Shown here: positions 40,879 through 49,816 of the stretch, piece after piece
Numbering within the stretch: position 1 is the first letter of the stretch
Layout: each line of letters opens with the position of its first letter
Assembly (NCBI GenBank): GCA_019057815.1
Contig: JAHLWR010000010.1
Coordinates: forward strand, 73,732 to 137,731
Source: Candidatus Heimdallarchaeota archaeon
Lineage (GTDB): Archaea; Asgardarchaeota; Heimdallarchaeia; Heimdallarchaeales; Heimdallarchaeaceae
Reading direction: 5' to 3'
Length of the DNA: 64,000 nt
The notes under the pieces: generated by a model
Database searches by the model: none
Told to the model about the DNA's origin: nothing
What the model saw: the letters and a program-made list of their open reading frames with translations, nothing else
Position numbers and translations under genes: made by a program

Positions 40879-41466
40879 TCAAGTTTCTTCTAATTTCTTA
40901 AGTAAATCTTCTAAATCTTCATCCTCTTCAACATTTTCCTCCTCTTCAACATCTCCTTTATCATTATTTTTCTTCTCCCAAATGTCAATTATCATGTTTT
41001 GCTGCGCTGCCCACCAATAATAAACTTCTCTAATGAAAAAGTGTGCAATAGTTAGATCAGGTGTCCACGCATCATCCACTGTTTCCATATGTTCGTGACA
41101 TATCATCACAAACTTTTCTCCGTCATCTTCCTCCCAGATGTTTTTAAGGAAAATTTTACCTGCATATTCAGCTATCGATTCTTCAGCAAAAGCTCGAGGG
41201 CAAGCGTAAGGATAGTTACTAGGTAGCAATATCACCATTTTGAACCTTATTTCTGGTCTTGCAGGAACTTGAAGATAACCATCCCATTTGATGAATTTAT
41301 ATTTAGGATTTTTATTTGGAGCTAAGAAGAACCAGCTTCTTCCTCCTTTCTGTTGTAAAAACTTTACATATTGGGTTAGATTCAATATTTCTATTTTCAC
41401 TCTTTCTTGCCATTTAGGGTGTTTTGGCCCAATATCAATTAATGTTTTAGGAAATTTTATCAACAC
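40879..41466 (-). CDS. UFC1-like E2 (UFM1-conjugating enzyme homolog)
   Basis: WQERVKIE..L..YV...WFFLAPNKNPKYKFIKW...PSNYP...GEKFVMICHEH...PDLTIAHFF aligns, as I recall it, with human UFC1 (WVQRLKEEY...WFRLESNKEGTRWFGKCW...PITYP...GGKICLTDH...FGLAHLM), including the catalytic Cys. Acidic tail. Confidence 0.6.
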   Translation of the reverse strand: MLIKFPKTLIDIGPKHPKWQERVKIEILNLTQYVKFLQQKGGRSWFFLAPNKNPKYKFIKWDGYLQVPARPEIRFKMVILLPSNYPYACPRAFAEESIAEYAGKIFLKNIWEEDDGEKFVMICHEHMETVDDAWTPDLTIAHFFIREVYYWWAAQQNMIIDIWEKKNNDKGDVEEEENVEEDEDLEDLLKKLEET

Positions 41467-41531
41467 TTTCTCAGAAAGTGTATCTGCCCATTTAATTTTG
41501 TCTTTTGAAATGCTTTTTGCCTCCAGCAGTT

Positions 41532-41810
41532 CTAGCCTACGACTCCACGATTAATAACTTGAAATGCAGGTCCATATTTTTCAAATATTTCTTCAACACT
41601 TAGAGTGAAATCAGTTGCTGTAAGAGTTTCACCTAGTTCTGAAGAAATGGCTATTTGCTCTGAAGCAATACTAAACTTTTTAGCTACTTCAGCTATTAAT
41701 TCATGAAAAATTATATCCCCTGGTACTTCAAAAGGCATCTGTTTATGCTCTGTACCTATAACACTTGAAAAATACAGTCGTTTGAGAGTGCTCATTTTAA
41801 TCCCTATCAT
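41532..41810 (-). CDS. UFM1-like beta-grasp modifier ending -RGVVG
   Basis: VPGDIIFHELIAEVAKKFSIASEQIAISS...GPAFQVINRGVVG* follows the pattern of UFM1 ([29 protein letters not shown]...RIIPRDRVG). The likely start is MSTLKR at 41795. Confidence 0.55.
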   Translation of the reverse strand: MIGIKMSTLKRLYFSSVIGTEHKQMPFEVPGDIIFHELIAEVAKKFSIASEQIAISSELGETLTATDFTLSVEEIFEKYGPAFQVINRGVVG

Positions 41811-41844
41811 AAAATCTTTTCAATTACCCAATATATCTTTTTCG

Positions 41845-42870
41845 CTATCCTTTCACATAAATATTCTTAATGGTAAAATATTTCTCCTTTTCTTGTTCAT
41901 ATTTATGAATCAAAGTTTTCCTATCTCCTTCTTCGCTTAATGACATGTATCGCATTCTGAAGATTAGTTTCTCGAAGAGTTTCTGCATCTTTTCTCTTTG
42001 ATCTTCTTGAACATAAAATTTCCATAAGACAGTATCTAATAAGATTTCAATTTTCTTTGGAAAAACTAGTTTATCGTCTTTCACTTCAGTGTTTTTTAGT
42101 TGGTAGTACATATCATCAGTAAAAGCACGCTTGAGTTTTCCTTTGATTTCTGAAATTTTAGTACCTTTTTGTGAGAGAATATTTGCATCAAGAAGTATTT
42201 TTGAAGATAATTTTGACCCAAATTCTCTTTTTTCTGATTCTTGGTGTTCTAGCAACACTTGACATATCTCTTTTCTAATAGAGAATAGATCTGTTTTATC
42301 GTCTAACTCTTTAAAATCGCAAGAGATTTTTGCTATTTGAGAGTTTTCCAACTTTTCTCTTAGCTCTGTTGAAACGTATGTTAGAATACGCTCTCCTTTT
42401 TTTTCTACATCAAAAGCTACACTTGTTTCAAAATTTGAGAGAACTAAATCTTCTTTTTTGATTTTCCCCACATTTATTTCGTTCACACTATTCTCTTTGA
42501 ACTGATAGTATTTTGTTTCACTTACATTTGTCACAATTGACAAGAAATAGGGGTAGATAGTAGCAAATTGCTCAATAGTTTGATCATCTGTTTTACTATG
42601 GAAAACCTTACCTGTATGAGAATGATATATCCCTACAACTCCTATCCCTTTTGGAATCGCTTTTGTTATTTCCATTACTTCTTCATGAGAAGGTTCTGCA
42701 CTTATCTGACTCTGCATTCTGTAATAGTAACAAGGAATGCTACAGATAACGAATAGCTTATCATAGAAATCATAACCTAATAACCAGCCATAAATTTCTT
42801 GCTCCTTAAAAGCATCTGCGTGGTTCTCAATAGCTTCTAGAACATGTTCAAAGATATACACATCACTCAT
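41845..42870 (-). CDS. JAB1/MPN/Mov34 (JAMM-like) metalloprotease with ~200-aa C-terminal extension
   Basis: EIYGWLLGY ... GIYHSHTGKVFHSKTDD is an E...HxH...S..D arrangement. Overlaps the E1 gene by 8 nt. Confidence 0.65.
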   Translation of the reverse strand: MSDVYIFEHVLEAIENHADAFKEQEIYGWLLGYDFYDKLFVICSIPCYYYRMQSQISAEPSHEEVMEITKAIPKGIGVVGIYHSHTGKVFHSKTDDQTIEQFATIYPYFLSIVTNVSETKYYQFKENSVNEINVGKIKKEDLVLSNFETSVAFDVEKKGERILTYVSTELREKLENSQIAKISCDFKELDDKTDLFSIRKEICQVLLEHQESEKREFGSKLSSKILLDANILSQKGTKISEIKGKLKRAFTDDMYYQLKNTEVKDDKLVFPKKIEILLDTVLWKFYVQEDQREKMQKLFEKLIFRMRYMSLSEEGDRKTLIHKYEQEKEKYFTIKNIYVKG

Positions 42871-43732
42871 CTTCTATCCTCCTCTTTTCTTCTCCTAACT
42901 CTTCTATTAGTTCATCAACACTTTTACCTTCAGTAATAGATTGTATTTGCTTTAAAGAACTTTCCTTTTCAGTTTTTGAGTACCTTTTGTCTCCACAAAC
43001 ATAACAATTAGGATCTCTAGGCGTTTTTTGGTGAATATAAACATCATCTAGAGCATTAAAACCTATATAATCAGGTATTTTCCCAAACTCTAGTAAATGT
43101 TTTAAGCTGATTTCTGTTGCTATTGAAGCTATTATTGCTATGGTAGATGGTAATGAAGCTGTACATGATTCTCCTTTCTCTTTACTCCCTAAATCAAGTG
43201 AGCCTGTGCAAGAATAACAAGCATTTTTCCTTGGTAAGACTAGATGAATATATCCCCCTAATCCTGATCTTGTCGCTCCAGTATCGACATAAGCTTTATC
43301 CAGCGCTACACATTTCTGATTTATGTATAATCTTGCTGGTAAATTGTCAAGGCAAGAAAAAGTTAGATTGCACTGTTTTATGAGTTCATCTAGTTTGCCC
43401 TCAAACTCATTAGAACAGACATCTGTCATAAAAGAATTAATATTAACACCTGGATTAACTGTTGATAATATCTTTTTAACCACTTCAACTTTAGGTTCTC
43501 CTATCTGCTCTTTTAGATAGAAAAGACGATTGAGATTCACTTCCTCTACGATGTCAAGATCAATGATATTAAGTTCCCCTATTCCACATCTTGCTAACAT
43601 TTCAGCAACGATGCTTCCAACACCACCAACACCGATGATTAAAACCTTTTTCTCACTTAATTTTTCCCAATTTATGTCATATCCAAAATCGCTCAAAGAT
43701 TTCAAACGAGTATATCTGTTAGTGGAATCCAT
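42863..43732 (-). CDS. UBA5-like E1 (ThiF-fold, UFM1-activating enzyme homolog)
   Basis: GVGGVGSIVAEMLARCGIGEL, NLNRLFY, SCLDNLPARLYIN, ACYSCTG, CTASLPSTIAIIASI and NCYVCG parallel human UBA5 ([64 protein letters not shown]). Confidence 0.8.
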   Translation of the reverse strand: MDSTNRYTRLKSLSDFGYDINWEKLSEKKVLIIGVGGVGSIVAEMLARCGIGELNIIDLDIVEEVNLNRLFYLKEQIGEPKVEVVKKILSTVNPGVNINSFMTDVCSNEFEGKLDELIKQCNLTFSCLDNLPARLYINQKCVALDKAYVDTGATRSGLGGYIHLVLPRKNACYSCTGSLDLGSKEKGESCTASLPSTIAIIASIATEISLKHLLEFGKIPDYIGFNALDDVYIHQKTPRDPNCYVCGDKRYSKTEKESSLKQIQSITEGKSVDELIEELGEEKRRIEDE

Positions 43733-43878
43733 TTTATCAGCTACTAAATTTTAGTATAATATTTTAAGTTAACCGCATTCAATTTCTTAAATCTATTCAA
43801 CCAAAAAGCTAAAAGTCATCTTTTTGATGAAAAAAGATAAATATGTCTACTTATTTCATATAACGTTTAGAGAGTGAT
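43733..43878. promoter_or_regulatory. divergent promoter region between UBA5-like operon and WD40 gene
   Basis: AT-rich 146-bp spacer with TATA-like tttagtataat and ttatttcatataa on opposite sides. Confidence 0.3.
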
Positions 43879-46029
43879 ATGATGAGTAGAGAATCTGAAG
43901 GTCAAAGTGTTAAAGGACATTTACTTGTAACTACCAACAAGCCATCTCACATAGGTGTAATAAGAACTATTGCAATTGATGATGATTTTGTTTACATTGG
44001 AGCTGATGATAGCACAGTCAGAATTTTACAGAAGGAAGATTTGGCTGAAATAATAGTAATAAAAGCTCATGAATCCGAAGTTAGAAGTGTTTGTGTTGAT
44101 GATAGTTATGTTTTTTCGGGTTCAACTGACGCAACAATTAAGGTGTGGGATAAAAAGAATAAGGAATTCATGTTTAAACTTGAGGGACATAAAGAAAGTG
44201 TTACTAGTTTAGCATGCGATGAAAATTATCTCTTTTCAGCTTCTTTCGATAGGACAATTCGTGTGTGGTCAAAGAAGAATTTTTCTCTTGTCAAGGTTTT
44301 AGAAGGACACAATGATGTTATCGAATCACTCACTCAAGATTCAACAAATCTCTACAGCGGATCTAGAGAAGGGTTGATAATAGTTTGGAAAAAGAAGAAT
44401 CTCAAAAAACAATCAGTTTTCAAGAAACACAAAGCCGCTATAACAGGTCTATACGTTGATGAAAGTCATCTCTATTCTTGCACAGCAGATAATTTAGTAA
44501 TAATAAGAGACGTAAACAAATTTAAGGTAATTGCTGAATTAGCAGGGCACAAATCTATTATTACCACAGTATTTTCAGATGAAAAATACATCTATACTTC
44601 TTCTTTAGATAAAACAGCTAAAGTCTGGGACAAAGAAACCTTTAAAGAAATTACTACTTTAAAAGGTCATTCTGCTTACGTTTTCACTATTATTTCAGAC
44701 GAAGAGCGTATTTTTACAACTTCTGCTGATAAAACTTTAAGAGTATGGAGCAAAGAAAATTTTGAATGTTTGAAAGTAATTGGTGGTAACCCTTACTCTA
44801 TTGATAGTATATTTTCTGATTCCGAGTACGTTTATTTAGCTACTTCTGACTTTTTAATCAGAGTTACTGATCTTTTCAAACTAAAAGAAGTTGCAATCTT
44901 AAAAGGCCACTCTAACAAAATTTTAGCTCTCAATTCTAATGATAGACACCTTTTCTCTGGTTCAAGAGATAATACATTTAGAGTTTGGGATAAAAAAACT
45001 CTTGTTGAAGAGCATGTGTTCAGTGATGGACCTGTAACAATCATCGATTTAGAGGATGAATTTAACGTCTACTTGATGTTAGAGAATGATGAACCTCTTG
45101 TAAGAAACATTCAAACTTTTGAAGACGTAACTGAAAAGAAAAAAGGATCCATAAATATCCGAAAAATCAAAGAAAATGCCGGTTTAAGCCCTCGAAACTA
45201 CTTTGCTCTTGGAGAAACTGTTGTCTGTGATTACAATGTCGAGGAACTCAAATTGATAAATCCTTCATTACTCTTCTCTAATGGTGTTGCTATTGAAGAT
45301 GAAATAGGGATAGTTGTATTTAACACACATGTTTACGACGACTGGGATGAAAGGATTAAGGCAAGAATTGCGCGTATTTTTGATTTAGTTGAAAATCTTA
45401 GAGTCACAAAAGTGATGGATTACATCATTCCCCTTGGGTTTAACGTTTTTAGCGTATTTATCGATTTCTGCAAAGAAAAATTAGAGATACTGGAATCATC
45501 TCTCGAATCTATCAAGAAAGGAAGAAAGACCATTAAAAAAGGTCTAGAAAGTAGTGAGGGTGATAAAGAGCAAATAGAAAGTGTTTCGGATTTACTTAAG
45601 GAAACAAGAGAAAGTTACGAATTCATCCAAAAAGTCTCAGCTCTTCCTTGTTCTATAGACGCTGATATCGATAAAAGAATTGAAGCTATGCACAAGGAAT
45701 ATTTGGAGATTTTCACAGAAGGAGAAGATCTTGTAAAAAAGGCTGAAACTACTATTAAGCGAAGAAATGTTCTTGAAGAGCTTATTCACGTTTACAAGAG
45801 GATTTCAATAGAAAAACTTGCCAAGCATCTAGAATACGAAGAAGAAGAGGACCTTTTCTTACTAGAAAAATGGATTGTTTCCATCAAATCCCCATTATTA
45901 TCGATTGATGGTGATTACATTGTTATTACTCTAGAAGATACAGAAGATAAGACTGTAGATGAAGCAATAGACTCATTACTAAAGAGCTTCAGTGAACAAG
46001 AAAAAATTGGTTGGGGAAAGAAAGAATGA
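43879..46029 (+). CDS. WD40 beta-propeller protein with coiled-coil and C-terminal winged-helix/PCI-like tail
   Basis: About 9 WD repeats (I[KR]VW[DS]KKN..., GH....V). Then K/E-rich helices and a terminal WH. Confidence 0.8.
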   Translation: MMSRESEGQSVKGHLLVTTNKPSHIGVIRTIAIDDDFVYIGADDSTVRILQKEDLAEIIVIKAHESEVRSVCVDDSYVFSGSTDATIKVWDKKNKEFMFKLEGHKESVTSLACDENYLFSASFDRTIRVWSKKNFSLVKVLEGHNDVIESLTQDSTNLYSGSREGLIIVWKKKNLKKQSVFKKHKAAITGLYVDESHLYSCTADNLVIIRDVNKFKVIAELAGHKSIITTVFSDEKYIYTSSLDKTAKVWDKETFKEITTLKGHSAYVFTIISDEERIFTTSADKTLRVWSKENFECLKVIGGNPYSIDSIFSDSEYVYLATSDFLIRVTDLFKLKEVAILKGHSNKILALNSNDRHLFSGSRDNTFRVWDKKTLVEEHVFSDGPVTIIDLEDEFNVYLMLENDEPLVRNIQTFEDVTEKKKGSINIRKIKENAGLSPRNYFALGETVVCDYNVEELKLINPSLLFSNGVAIEDEIGIVVFNTHVYDDWDERIKARIARIFDLVENLRVTKVMDYIIPLGFNVFSVFIDFCKEKLEILESSLESIKKGRKTIKKGLESSEGDKEQIESVSDLLKETRESYEFIQKVSALPCSIDADIDKRIEAMHKEYLEIFTEGEDLVKKAETTIKRRNVLEELIHVYKRISIEKLAKHLEYEEEEDLFLLEKWIVSIKSPLLSIDGDYIVITLEDTEDKTVDEAIDSLLKSFSEQEKIGWGKKE

Positions 46030-47300
46030 ACTACTCCTACCTAAAGGTAGGCGTTTCTTGATTCATTGAAAAGACTTGACCACTAACAATAGCAGAAGCA
46101 GTGATAGTGATTAGAGGTCTGTTCTCCACAAGTAAAGAGGCATATCCCTTACCCCTCTTCAAAATGTTTATTGAAGCGTTATAGTCGCGGTCTATCTCTA
46201 AGTCGCAATAAGGACAAGAGTGTGTCCTATCATTTAATGTCTTAGGAACTATCTCTCCACATCTGGAACATTCTTGAGTAGTACCTCTTGGTGGAACTTT
46301 AACTAGTTCTTTATCAGCGTTTACAGCTTTATAAGATAAATAGTTGAAGAATATTCCCCATGAAGCGTCGAGAATGTTACGATGGAGTGTGCGTGACCGC
46401 TTGTGTTTCTTATTACCTTTCTGTGTGAGTCCTTTAATATTCAAGTTTTCCACACAGATAATATCATAATTATCTACATAAAAGTTTGAGACTTTATGTA
46501 AGAAGTCTTTACGCTGGTCAACAGCTTTAGTGTAGAGTTTAGCCAACTGATATTTGGCTTTTAACCAATTCTTTGAACCTTGCTTTTTACGACTAAGAGA
46601 TTTGTGCTTATTTTTAAGTTTCTTTAATTGTCTTTCTATGTTTTTGGGGTTCTCTATCTCTCGTCCATCAGAATCCACAGCGTAAGAATTTATCCCTACA
46701 TCTATACCTACACTGCGATTAGTTTTAGGAAGAACTACTGGAGAGTTTTCTACTTGTATATTAGCGAACCATCTACCCGTTTGAGTGCGTTTGAGTATTA
46801 TGCCCTTGACTTTGTTTTCTCTTACCCTGTTATTTAATCCTCTACAGTTAATAGTCCCAATCTTAGAAAAGGTTATCTTGTTTTTATTTTCGTCTATCTT
46901 GAACCCGCTCTGGTTATAGTTTATAGTCTTGTACCATCCTTTTCCTTTGAAACGTAAGTGACCGATCTTATGTCCATTCTTCTTTAATTGTGCTAGACTT
47001 TTGATATTTGTCCATAGAGTGTAATTGACCATCTGTAAAACTTTTGAATATACTCCTTTCAGTTCGGGCATAGAGTTGTTTTTTAGCCAAACTATAAACG
47101 ATTGAGTTTTGATTTGTGTGAGTTTTTCTCCCTTCTCTTGTTCTTTCTTACACTCTTCTAGTAGTCTATTATAGAGTTTTCTACAAATATCCAACTGTTC
47201 ACCAAGTTTTGCTTGTTGCTGTTTGTTCGGGTACAGTTGCACTTTGTAGGTTAACATCAGTTCATTTCCTTATTTCCTTAGTACTTTTTTCACTATAAAA
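46028..47300 (-). mobile_element. IS200/IS605-family TnpB-only element abutting WD40 gene stop codon
   Basis: The right-end hairpin lies immediately 3' of the WD40 stop codon. The left boundary is approximate. Confidence 0.5.
46037..47257 (-). CDS. tnpB: TnpB RNA-guided endonuclease (zinc-finger type)
   Basis: 406 aa. N-terminus MLTYKVQLYPNKQQ. CSRCGEIVPK...CPYCDLEIDRDYNASINIL. Confidence 0.85.
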   Translation of the reverse strand: MLTYKVQLYPNKQQQAKLGEQLDICRKLYNRLLEECKKEQEKGEKLTQIKTQSFIVWLKNNSMPELKGVYSKVLQMVNYTLWTNIKSLAQLKKNGHKIGHLRFKGKGWYKTINYNQSGFKIDENKNKITFSKIGTINCRGLNNRVRENKVKGIILKRTQTGRWFANIQVENSPVVLPKTNRSVGIDVGINSYAVDSDGREIENPKNIERQLKKLKNKHKSLSRKKQGSKNWLKAKYQLAKLYTKAVDQRKDFLHKVSNFYVDNYDIICVENLNIKGLTQKGNKKHKRSRTLHRNILDASWGIFFNYLSYKAVNADKELVKVPPRGTTQECSRCGEIVPKTLNDRTHSCPYCDLEIDRDYNASINILKRGKGYASLLVENRPLITITASAIVSGQVFSMNQETPTFR

Positions 47301-47408
47301 AGACAAATATATGCTAAATTGATGTCTCTATCGCATTCATCCCCCACCTGAAGTTAGGGAATTTCTGCTATGCTCAACATTTAAATTATATGTTAACAAA
47401 TAGTATGT

Positions 47409-48497
47409 GTGAAAGCTATTAAAGGGAAAATTGAATTGGAGTTAAGAAATGGAATCGGTATTTTACTTTCCGATACTATTAAATTAGGTGTGGATGAGGA
47501 GAAAGAATTTAGTTTCTTGTACAAAACAACCTTAGGGCGTTATACATCCGTTTTCTCGCAAATAACTGAAATAGAGAAAAGAGATGGAGAAACAATCTTC
47601 AAACTTGACAAACGCATAGCAGGAGAAATAGGTGATGGAGATAGTGTTGAACTTATTTTCTCAGCAGCTCCTCCGCAAGCTGAGATCGTTTATTTAGCTA
47701 TCCAAAAACAAGTTCCACTCCCACAAGGGGATTGGTCAAAGATAGTTAAGGAAGGTAATATTGGAAAGATAATCGATTATGGTAATAATCTTAGTTTTGT
47801 TGTCCCTGCAAAATTAAGAGAACCCTTTGTAGTATCAACACAAATAGTTACTTCTCTTCCTTATCCTCCTGCAAAAATTCATGAAGGAACAAAGTTTCAA
47901 TTAATAAAAAGGGATCAATCCGAGTTCACGAGGATTCTAGCTGATGCTTTGAAAGCACGAAAAAATCGAGCCGAAGAACTTGAAAAAGCGGTTATTAGTG
48001 GTTATTACGAGAAAATTATTGAATTAAAAAATGATAAACTAGAAAGTTTGGGTAGATCAGTAGAATTTCATACTGAACCGCGAGTGGTGTTTGACACTTT
48101 AAAATCAGCTTTCACCTCATATTTCACTTTTCAAGAGAATGTTTCTCTGGAATCGGACGATAATTTTATAGGAAATCTGATGTTTGTAACTAGTAAAACC
48201 GTGGAAGGCACAGAAATAGTCGAAATGATAGTTAGTGGGAAAGAAAGAAGTGGTAACATTGCTATTTGGATATATGGAGAAGATTCTGAGAAGATACAAA
48301 ACAAAATGAAGAAAGAAATTTTACCTAAAATTCTACAAGTGATAGAAGGAGTAAAAGAAGGACCAGAATTGATTCCTATGTACTGTGCTGGAAACTGTGG
48401 AGAAATGTTGGATTTAGAGCTTTTTGATGAAAATGGTTTATCAAAATGTCCTGCTTGTGATACACTAAACATGTTACCTTCAAAACTGAGAGTATAA
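47409..48497 (+). CDS. hypothetical protein with C-terminal zinc ribbon
   Basis: 362 aa. CAGNCGEM...CPACD at the C-terminus. The N-terminal ~90 aa could be a small beta-barrel. Confidence 0.45.
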   Translation: MKAIKGKIELELRNGIGILLSDTIKLGVDEEKEFSFLYKTTLGRYTSVFSQITEIEKRDGETIFKLDKRIAGEIGDGDSVELIFSAAPPQAEIVYLAIQKQVPLPQGDWSKIVKEGNIGKIIDYGNNLSFVVPAKLREPFVVSTQIVTSLPYPPAKIHEGTKFQLIKRDQSEFTRILADALKARKNRAEELEKAVISGYYEKIIELKNDKLESLGRSVEFHTEPRVVFDTLKSAFTSYFTFQENVSLESDDNFIGNLMFVTSKTVEGTEIVEMIVSGKERSGNIAIWIYGEDSEKIQNKMKKEILPKILQVIEGVKEGPELIPMYCAGNCGEMLDLELFDENGLSKCPACDTLNMLPSKLRV

Positions 48498-48561
48498 TAT
48501 GATTCTGTTTCACTTGATTTCAAGAAAAAAATTACAAAAAAGAGTAGGAGAGTTAATTGAA

Positions 48562-49470
48562 CTATTTTATATCATCGGTGTAGTTGGTTATCAATCCTAT
48601 AGATTCCGGTCCTAAGTGCGAAAGTACTGATCCTCGGCTGGGGACAATTTTCATTGGTACTTTAGGATAATGTTCTTTTAATATACTCTCTACTTTTTCA
48701 GCATAATCGGGCCTATTCCCATAAACAATAAAGAATTCTTTTGGATTTCTTTTATAATCATCTGTACTAAGAGCACAAGTCAGTTTCAATCCTGATTCTA
48801 CATCTTTTGCATTTCCAGCAGGAACAACAAAACCTTCTTCGTTCATGGTTACTAGAGGTTTCTTACGTAACATTGTTCCAAGTATGAATTTGCTTGTACG
48901 AAGTCTTCCGCCTTTCCAAAGGTAAAGGATGGTTGGTAAGAAAATTATTGTTTTAATTTTTATTGCTTGTTCAGTGAGAAAAGAAGCTATTTTTTCTCCA
49001 GTATAACCTTTTTTTATCATCTCCACCGCCATTTTGATTAGAATCACTCCTGGGTATGAAGCTGATTTAGCATCGATGGTATAGATTTTAATATCCTTAT
49101 TTTTTCGATTAAAGTTTTTTGCGGCTATTCTAGCACTATTAATCGATCCGCTTAATCCTGCAGTTATATCAATTACGATTATCTCTTTAGCACCGTCATC
49201 TACATGTTCTTGATAAGCTTGATAATAATCTACTGGGGGAGGCTGGGAAGTTTTTGGAACAAAAGTACGGATTTTAAGCATTGGTATTATCATGAAGGCT
49301 TTTTCTTCTTCAAAGTTCTTATAATACGCTTCACGGTTGAATGATTCATCTTCTTTAATTACTTCATCACCAACCATAACAGTTAAACAGGCGACTTTGA
49401 TGTTGTTCTCTCTAGCATAATCCCAAGGAATATCTGTTGCACTATCAGTTACAATACGAATGGTCATAGT
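48562..49470 (-). CDS. DegV-family (fatty-acid binding) protein
   Basis: MTIRIVTDSATDIP is the DegV N-terminal signature. The start is placed at the second Met. Confidence 0.65.
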   Translation of the reverse strand, partial: TMTIRIVTDSATDIPWDYARENNIKVACLTVMVGDEVIKEDESFNREAYYKNFEEEKAFMIIPMLKIRTFVPKTSQPPPVDYYQAYQEHVDDGAKEIIVIDITAGLSGSINSARIAAKNFNRKNKDIKIYTIDAKSASYPGVILIKMAVEMIKKGYTGEKIASFLTEQAIKIKTIIFLPTILYLWKGGRLRTSKFILGTMLRKKPLVTMNEEGFVVPAGNAKDVESGLKLTCALSTDDYKRNPKEFFIVYGNRPDYAEKVESILKEHYPKVPMKIVPSRGSVLSHLGPESIGLITNYTDDIK

Positions 49471-49816
49471 AGTTTTTTCTTTTGTACACATAAAAACGTA
49501 TTGTTGAGAATATGCGTAAAATTAGACGATTTGGGTTTAAAATTCATAAATGTTAAATGATTTGAGAAAAAAAAGAATAGGAGAGCTAAAATGTCCAAAT
49601 TCGTTTATTTCTCAACTAGTTTGTAATGATTTCATCTTAAGAAACAATCTGATTAGATGAAGAAGATTGAATATTAATGGTTATATTTCTAAAACTACAG
49701 TATTCAATGAATTTAAGGGGTTTTAACGCTTCTCATAATTTCGTCGTTGTCTACTTTTTTAATCAACTCCACATTTTTTAAGCATAAGTTTCTTAAATTA
49801 GAAAAAAATAATCTAG

